This document shows, piece by piece, positions 58,402 through 64,000 of a DNA stretch of 64,000 nt. The position numbers were made by a program, and so were the translations under genes. The notes beneath the pieces were generated by a model, which saw only the letters and a list, made by a program, of their open reading frames with translations, did no database searches and was not told where the DNA came from. This stretch comes from an uncultured Candidatus Saccharibacteria bacterium (lineage in GTDB: Bacteria; Patescibacteriota; WWE3; UBA101185; 2-01-FULL-41-18): the NCBI GenBank assembly GCA_964636285.1, contig CAZWQF010000003.1:5226-69225 (forward strand), in the 5' to 3' direction. Numbering within the stretch: the first letter of the stretch is position 1; each line of letters begins with the position of its first letter.

Positions 58402-58998
58402 ATGAGTCAACTTGTTCCTATAGTTGTAGAAAAAGATCCAAAGGGATATGAGAGATCTTATGATATCTATTCAAGACTTTTAAAGGATAGAATTGTATTT
58501 TTGCACGACGCAATTGATACTGGGGTTGCAGATACTGTAATTGCCCAGCTTCTATTCTTACAAGCTGAGAATCCAAAAGGCGATATCAAGCTTTACATCA
58601 ACAGCCCCGGTGGAAGCGTGTACGCAGGTATGGCCATATATGACACCATAAAGCATCTATCTTGCGATGTTTCAACGATTGTAGTTGGAATGGCAGCCTC
58701 AATGGCATCACTGATTTTATCAGCAGGTACAAAGGGTAAAAGGTACTGCCTTCCTAATTCGATTGTTTTGATCCACCAGCCACTAACAAGCGGTATGGAA
58801 GGACAAGCATCAGATATTGCAATACACGCAAAGGAGCTTTTAAGGCTTAAGGACCTTAGCGCTGAGGTAATATCAAAGAATACAGGTCAGAAGAAGGAAA
58901 AAGTGCTTGAAGACATGGATAGAGATTATTTTATGACTGCAGATGAAGCCAAGAAATACGGCATAATCGATGGCGTATTTGAGGAAAAAAAGAACTAA
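58402..58998 (+). CDS. clpP: ATP-dependent Clp protease proteolytic subunit
   Basis: [29 protein letters not shown]; AAGGAGG SD. Confidence 0.98.
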   Translation: MSQLVPIVVEKDPKGYERSYDIYSRLLKDRIVFLHDAIDTGVADTVIAQLLFLQAENPKGDIKLYINSPGGSVYAGMAIYDTIKHLSCDVSTIVVGMAASMASLILSAGTKGKRYCLPNSIVLIHQPLTSGMEGQASDIAIHAKELLRLKDLSAEVISKNTGQKKEKVLEDMDRDYFMTADEAKKYGIIDGVFEEKKN

Positions 58999-59007
58999 GC
59001 AAAATTG

Positions 59008-59045
59008 AAAGCTGAGCCTGTTATAGGTTATAATAGGCTCAGTTT
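59008..59045 (+). terminator. Stem-loop after clpP
   Basis: GCTGAGCCTGTTA / TAATAGGCTCAGT. Confidence 0.65.
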
Positions 59046-59047
59046 GG

Positions 59048-59124
59048 GGGCCCTTAGCTCAGCTGGCTAGAGCGTTTCTTTGACATAGAAAAGGTCATAG
59101 GTTCAAGTCCTGTAGGGCCCACCA
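59048..59124 (+). tRNA. tRNA-Val(GAC)
   Basis: GGGCCCT/AGGGCCC acceptor, TTTCT-tt-GAC-at-AGAAA, GTTCAAGTC, ACCA. Confidence 0.96.
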
Positions 59125-59220
59125 ATAAGCTTAAAATCATATTTATAAATATGTGTATCCTATAGCATCTACTTGTTGCGAAATTTAAGGTATAATCTGA
59201 AGAAAACTAAGGAGACAAAC

Positions 59221-59367
59221 ATGAATAGGTTTGCGTCGGTTGGAGTTTGGGGGACAACATTGGTTGCCACCGGTATGTACTTTGCTGGTAGACCGATGCA
59301 GGAGATCGCCGTGCCGGTGGTTCTAACTTGCATCTTATTGATAGGGAAAAATATTGCAAATCATTGA
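59221..59367 (+). CDS. 48-aa small two-helix membrane protein
   Basis: TATAAT plus AAGGAG SD before ATG 59221; two hydrophobic segments. Confidence 0.65.
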   Translation: MNRFASVGVWGTTLVATGMYFAGRPMQEIAVPVVLTCILLIGKNIANH

Positions 59368-59485
59368 CTCACTGAGACACGGCCCGGATGCAACCGCATT
59401 CGAGAAACGCTGAGCCCTAAAAAGTCTAACGTCCCGTACCTTACATTTGTAAGTCCAATTAACAATTTATTAATATCCTATAGTA

Positions 59486-59514
59486 TTGCGCTGCGGCGAG
59501 ATTTGTCATATAAT
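59486..59514 (+). promoter_or_regulatory. Sigma70-type promoter
   Basis: TTGCGC-17 nt-TATAAT. Confidence 0.65.
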
Positions 59515-59546
59515 CAATGCATCAACAATCAAACAGGAGAAAAGAC

Positions 59547-59723
59547 GTGACGAATTATAGCGAAATGACGGATAAGGAGAAGGCGGAGATCGCCCTCAAA
59601 TGGTACCGAGATGTCGTCAAACCCAAATGGGGGAGCAATATCTCGGACATAGAGAAAGCCTGGAACGAGAAGAGATATGAGTATATCCTCGACCAGTTCG
59701 TTGAGGACCGAGGTAGGGGCTGA
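59547..59723 (+). CDS. 58-aa charged orphan protein
   Basis: AGGAG SD before GTG 59547; own promoter; downstream hairpin at 59736-59796. Confidence 0.65.
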   Translation: MTNYSEMTDKEKAEIALKWYRDVVKPKWGSNISDIEKAWNEKRYEYILDQFVEDRGRG

Positions 59724-59812
59724 TACATTTTTTAATCGGGGTGGGCTCTTGAGGTATATCAACAAAATCGATATTCCAAAGAGTGCCCTCCCCCGAACTT
59801 CCAACCAACGCA

Positions 59813-60916
59813 TTAGTTCTCTTTTAAAAATATGGAAGCAATGTCAATTACAACACCTGCATCAAAGGAGCTGCTTTCTAATGACTTTTTGTAAATCTTT
59901 TGATATGGATTTCCCGCGTCATCATACTTATCATAAACGGTTTGGAACTTTAGAATTGCCTCAGAAACTTGCTTTAAAAGCTCTTCGGCCTCCTCATCAA
60001 GACCACACACTTTATACGAACCTGCAACAAGTGCCCCAAGCCAAATAAACCTGGAAGTTGGAAAACCACCAAACCCAGCCTGTGATGGAAAAGGCTTTTT
60101 AAGCCCTAGTGCAAGGTAATAATCTAAAACCTTTGTTGATAGGGTAGGGGTTGAAATTCCCCACAAAACAGCAAGCATGTTCCCATCTACAGAAAAATTC
60201 CTCATAGGAGCAAAATTCTTGTCCAAAAAATCAGCAAAGTAATCTCCAACCCAAAACCTATCTATAATCTTTGCCTTAATTTTCTGCGCCAAATCAAGAA
60301 ACTTGGTGGAGGATTCGTAGTCGTTGATGACCTTAAAAACCTCTGACATACCCAAAGCACTTTTATAATAAAGGATGTTAGTATAAAGACTGTAAGATCT
60401 TCTGTTGACTGTTGGAAGCCAACCTGCGTAGTCTCCTTCGATAAGTAAATAATCTTTTGTGTTAGATAGTTGCCAATCAAAAGCAAGCTTTAACCTATCA
60501 AGATACCTGTTAACAAACATGACATCTTTATGAACAGCCACGTAATTTGCAAAGGAAATAATTAGAAGAGCATTAGTGTCTGAGACAGGGTTCACAATAA
60601 AACTTATTCGGTTTTCAACATAAAAAGAAGATGTCTCTTCAATAGGGTCAATACTAAAAATCTTTTTTAGAACTCCACTTTTTGAAATTTTATGGGGAAT
60701 GAGACCATCATGTCTTTGGTGATGCAAAAAAAGCTCTAAATGCTTTTGCACAGGTTCAAAGTCTTCAAGTCGAACTGCGCCAAGGGATGCCCAAAAGCCA
60801 TTTCTTGCAATGTATTCGTTTGGCTTTACTGGAGTTGCCAAGATTCCTTTTGCTCCGTAGCACTTTCTGAGTGAGTTTTTGGCAGTGGCGTAGGCAGTTA
60901 TAACACTAGAGTCCAT
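59813..60916 (-). CDS. (alpha/alpha)6 glycoside hydrolase-like protein (amylo-1,6-glucosidase/invertase-like), possibly degenerate
   Basis: ARNGFWASLG, DGLIP, YTNILYY.., DGNMLA..WG, IWLGAL. Confidence 0.65.
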   Translation of the reverse strand: MDSSVITAYATAKNSLRKCYGAKGILATPVKPNEYIARNGFWASLGAVRLEDFEPVQKHLELFLHHQRHDGLIPHKISKSGVLKKIFSIDPIEETSSFYVENRISFIVNPVSDTNALLIISFANYVAVHKDVMFVNRYLDRLKLAFDWQLSNTKDYLLIEGDYAGWLPTVNRRSYSLYTNILYYKSALGMSEVFKVINDYESSTKFLDLAQKIKAKIIDRFWVGDYFADFLDKNFAPMRNFSVDGNMLAVLWGISTPTLSTKVLDYYLALGLKKPFPSQAGFGGFPTSRFIWLGALVAGSYKVCGLDEEAEELLKQVSEAILKFQTVYDKYDDAGNPYQKIYKKSLESSSFDAGVVIDIASIFLKEN

Positions 60917-61625
60917 TTGTTAGGTCAATCTCTTTGAGACTTACTCCTTTTGAATCCTCAAATAATATCTTATTTTCATCAAGCTTTATCTGCTTGTAGT
61001 TATCTATTCCTGTTAACTCCATGTCTAAAGACTGACCCGCTTGAGTTTGAAGATTATAGCCCGCGTCAACATTAAACGGGTTAAAAGTATAAATTTTGGC
61101 TAAATTGTAAGCGGAAACCGAATAAGAGTACTGAATTTTTTGACTTGCTACTTTTTGTGGCAACTGTGTTCTATAAATTATGAAGGCTATTTTATTTGGT
61201 AGAATTCCAAGCTTAATTACTTCTGACGATCTGGAAAAAGTTTTGAGAGTGTAAGGAATTAAGTCTTTGTTTTCAATCGAGAAAACTTTTACTACAGATA
61301 AAGTAGTAAGAGCCTCAGTATCGTTTAAAACATCAAGGTAAATAAAGAAATCTTTTGTTTTTGAAAGAAAAAGGAAGTCTTTTACATAGCTTTCCGGGCA
61401 TGGGCTATTATAGTTAGTTGTAAGAGGTAACTTCTTAACGCCAAGGTCTAATGTAAACGAACAAGTACTTGCATCAAGAAGATAGGAATTAACCTGCTTT
61501 GGAGTTGTTTTCTCTATTTGATCGATAACTTTTTGAACATTTTCAGGGGAATCTTTAAGGTACGCAAAAAGAAATATTGAAAATACGGCAATAATGACCG
61601 AAAGGAGCAGTGTTTTTGGTCTCAT
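60906..61625 (-). CDS. Membrane-anchored hypothetical protein
   Basis: N-terminal TM followed by a beta-rich body. Confidence 0.6.
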   Translation of the reverse strand: MRPKTLLLSVIIAVFSIFLFAYLKDSPENVQKVIDQIEKTTPKQVNSYLLDASTCSFTLDLGVKKLPLTTNYNSPCPESYVKDFLFLSKTKDFFIYLDVLNDTEALTTLSVVKVFSIENKDLIPYTLKTFSRSSEVIKLGILPNKIAFIIYRTQLPQKVASQKIQYSYSVSAYNLAKIYTFNPFNVDAGYNLQTQAGQSLDMELTGIDNYKQIKLDENKILFEDSKGVSLKEIDLTNGL

Positions 61626-61646
61626 TAATATTATGATAGCACCATT

Positions 61647-62354
61647 TTAGAGGTTTTCCAGATTCTCTAGTTTTATGGAGTTCTCAACCAGAAAGTCACC
61701 AACTCTGGTTCTTGTAAGTGCGGATAGAGTAGCAGGGACTCCAAGCTTTTCGCCAAGGTCAAAAGCCAACGATCTAATGTATGTGCCTGATCCACATTCG
61801 ACTTTTATTGTTGCTACGGGTACTTGGCAGTTTACCTTATCAATATATTCCAAGTTCAGGTTAAGAAGCGTGATTTTATGGATCTTAATTTTTTTGACTG
61901 GAATTTCAACGGTGTCAGATTTACCTGATCTAGCAAGGTCGTAGAGTCTTTTCCCAGAGATTTTTACTGCGGAATAGGCTGGCACTTTTTGAAGTATATC
62001 GCCTTCAAAAGTTTGAAGGGTAGCTTTTAAACTTTGTGAAAGTAATGCAAGATTCTGAGATGTTAGCTCAGGGTTTTCAAGATCTGGAAGTTTTGAGATA
62101 AATTCGCCCTCTAAATCATATGTTACCGTGGAGAAACCAAATGCTATTTTTGCAACATATTCTTTGTCTTGATGCATAAAGGTGTCCTGCTGTTTTGTCA
62201 TTTTTCCTGTTAAGACGATTAGAACTCCATCTGCTAGGGGATCAAGTGTTCCTGCATGACCCACTTTTTTAACACCAAGCTTTCTTCTAATCTCCCCCAC
62301 AACAGAAAATGAAGTTCTACCCAGAGGCTTATAAATGTTTAAAACTGAATCCAC
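61647..62354 (-). CDS. truB: tRNA pseudouridine(55) synthase
   Basis: KVGHAGTLDPLA, K.Y, P.YSAVK..GKRLY, GSGTYIRSL, LTRTRVG. Confidence 0.97.
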   Translation of the reverse strand: MDSVLNIYKPLGRTSFSVVGEIRRKLGVKKVGHAGTLDPLADGVLIVLTGKMTKQQDTFMHQDKEYVAKIAFGFSTVTYDLEGEFISKLPDLENPELTSQNLALLSQSLKATLQTFEGDILQKVPAYSAVKISGKRLYDLARSGKSDTVEIPVKKIKIHKITLLNLNLEYIDKVNCQVPVATIKVECGSGTYIRSLAFDLGEKLGVPATLSALTRTRVGDFLVENSIKLENLENL

Positions 62355-62376
62355 GCTATCAATGTATAATGTAGCA

Positions 62377-63114
62377 ATGAAAAATAAAAGTGAGGTAATT
62401 GAAAGTGTAAAAAAATGGATTGAGAACGAAAATTATGCATCAGTGGTAATCTATGGCTCATTTACAAGCGAACAGTGGAAAAACTCGGATGTTGATTTAT
62501 TTGTTATCACTTTTACTGAGGAACTTCCAAAACCTCACACAAGTAAGATTGAGATTGATGGAATACAGTTTGATGTGACATTTATCTCAACAAGTCAGTT
62601 TATTTCAATGGTTAAAGGGCAGGTTAGAAGCCACAGTTTTAAGCCCCAGCTTGTTGATTCAATAATTGTTTTTGATAAAACGAATAGAATAGCTGCGCTA
62701 AAGGAAGATGTTTCTAAAGAAGCTTCTCCGGCTAAGAAGGATTTATTGGACTTTTTTACCGTGAGGTATTCGCTGCGTGACGCTACAGAAGGAATTGAGA
62801 AAAACCTGAAAGATGATCCTGCGACTTCTTTACTTCTAATGCATACTAGTTTGGAGATTTTGATTAAGTTTTTTTACAGATTAAATGAAAAGTGGCAGGT
62901 CCCTGCAAAAAATACTTTGGCAGAATTGGAGGAGTGGGGCGGAGATTTTGGAAAGCATATAAAAGCGCTGATTTCAGAAAACAATGTTGAAAAAAAGTTT
63001 GGGATCTGGAATAAACTTCTTGAGATGATTGAGGATCAGATGAAAACCGGGAATAAAACTTTACAATGTGATTGTAGTAAATGCCAAGAAAACCTCAAGT
63101 CTTTAGTAAAGTAA
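62377..63114 (+). CDS. Pol-beta-type nucleotidyltransferase with a helical C-terminal domain
   Basis: YGS...SDVDL motif. ATG 62377 lies 6 nt after TATAAT. Confidence 0.8.
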   Translation: MKNKSEVIESVKKWIENENYASVVIYGSFTSEQWKNSDVDLFVITFTEELPKPHTSKIEIDGIQFDVTFISTSQFISMVKGQVRSHSFKPQLVDSIIVFDKTNRIAALKEDVSKEASPAKKDLLDFFTVRYSLRDATEGIEKNLKDDPATSLLLMHTSLEILIKFFYRLNEKWQVPAKNTLAELEEWGGDFGKHIKALISENNVEKKFGIWNKLLEMIEDQMKTGNKTLQCDCSKCQENLKSLVK

Positions 63115-63118
63115 TTCA

Positions 63119-63901
63119 ATGACTCGAGAGAACATTGTCACAAATCAAAATATTGCATATACGGTGTGCTTCACCGAGAGCTTTGCAAACTTTGAGCATT
63201 ACTCTGTCATAGGGTACCCTGGTGTACCATTCCACATTTTAGGATCAGCCCACATAAGAAATTGTCAAAATGAGGATATTATTCAAAGTTCAATTAAAGT
63301 TGTTGATGATTATTTTTCAAAATTCGAATCCGAAACGAATATCTCGGTTCTAGATGATAACTTTAAAGCCCAAAAGCAACTTACAAATCTAGGTTTTTTA
63401 AGAGCTGAGAAAAAGGATGACACTTACTTTATATTTAATTTGGAGGGCACTCTTTCTAAACTTCAAAACCTAAAGAGCAGGTATGTTGTGAGTAGGATCA
63501 CAAACGAACGAGAGTTTAATTCGTTTTTTGATAAAAATTCCCATTCCAATAGTGAGAGTTTTATGAAAAAACTAAAAAGGGCTTTTGCTCAAACCAAAAT
63601 CCCTTACATACACTTAGCTGTGGCTGATTCGGGCAAATTGGTAGGTTTTGCTTCTGTTGCAATAATTGATCAAGCAGGCTTTTTCATGAGTGCCATGGTA
63701 GACAAAGACTATAGAAGACACGGGATATACACTTTACTAACGAGAGAAAGAGCTGAGGTTGCAAAAAAATATCACTGCAACTTACTCGTAATGGAAACCG
63801 CCTCAGATAACTTGGCAACAAACCAATTTGCACAAAAACTAGACCCAACAGATTCATTTAAAAGATACTTCTACCAAAAGGAGGCCAAAACACTTGCTTA
63901 G
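63119..63901 (+). CDS. GNAT family acetyltransferase
   Basis: C-terminal motif A, VDKDYRRHGIYTLL. Confidence 0.8.
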   Translation: MTRENIVTNQNIAYTVCFTESFANFEHYSVIGYPGVPFHILGSAHIRNCQNEDIIQSSIKVVDDYFSKFESETNISVLDDNFKAQKQLTNLGFLRAEKKDDTYFIFNLEGTLSKLQNLKSRYVVSRITNEREFNSFFDKNSHSNSESFMKKLKRAFAQTKIPYIHLAVADSGKLVGFASVAIIDQAGFFMSAMVDKDYRRHGIYTLLTRERAEVAKKYHCNLLVMETASDNLATNQFAQKLDPTDSFKRYFYQKEAKTLA

Positions 63902-64000
63902 TTTAACTTTTCAGTGTACTTGTGGTACAATCCATCAGTTACAAGGCAGGGGTTAGAAGCCCTTATTTTTATGGCCTTATGGCCACGAATCCAGTAAACA

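Noticed and set aside
59529-60048. Alternative overlapping ORFs (59529-59813 -, 59617-59808 -, 59677-60048 +)
   Set aside because: They lack expression signals. The 59547-59723 frame has a promoter, SD and hairpin.
1-64000. CRISPR array, rRNA gene, transposase, integrase or reverse transcriptase
   Set aside because: No regularly spaced repeats and no such protein motifs were seen.
63920-64000. Promoter (TG-g-TACAAT), leader and possible CDS start MATNPVN at 63979
   Set aside because: Truncated by the window edge; too short to assign.

Overview
A compact, AT-rich bacterial chromosome segment in standard code 11. Gene content and architecture suggest a CPR/Patescibacteria genome (WWE3- or Microgenomates-like); this is inference, as no marker rRNA is present. 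It holds about 65 CDSs, including tgt-ruvCAB, a short Rel, sodA, pepF, rmuC, pfkA, tig-clpP, truB, pyrD, a photolyase, a MacAB-like exporter and two Ddl-like ATP-grasp ligases. It also has 7 tRNA genes and two apparently broken genes. No CRISPR array, rRNA gene, transposase or integrase was seen. Most notable observations: (1) a candidate Crp/Fnr mini-regulon, with two TGTGAG-N4-CTCACA palindromes, one beside the crp gene and a 39-aa CxxC/CxxC peptide and the other upstream of two orphan paralogs built from an unrecognised ~55-aa domain in three copies; (2) a 190-bp structured element duplicating the tRNA-Gly 3' end, followed by a PD-(D/E)xK plus DUF4145 pair; (3) a second, atypical tRNA-Pro(TGG) with A1:U72 and no CCA; (4) pervasive leaderless genes, contrasting with SD-led self-contained orphan cassettes; (5) a small basic protein recalling archaeal CC1/Cren7 chromatin proteins. 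All product calls come from motif recognition by eye; no database search was run.
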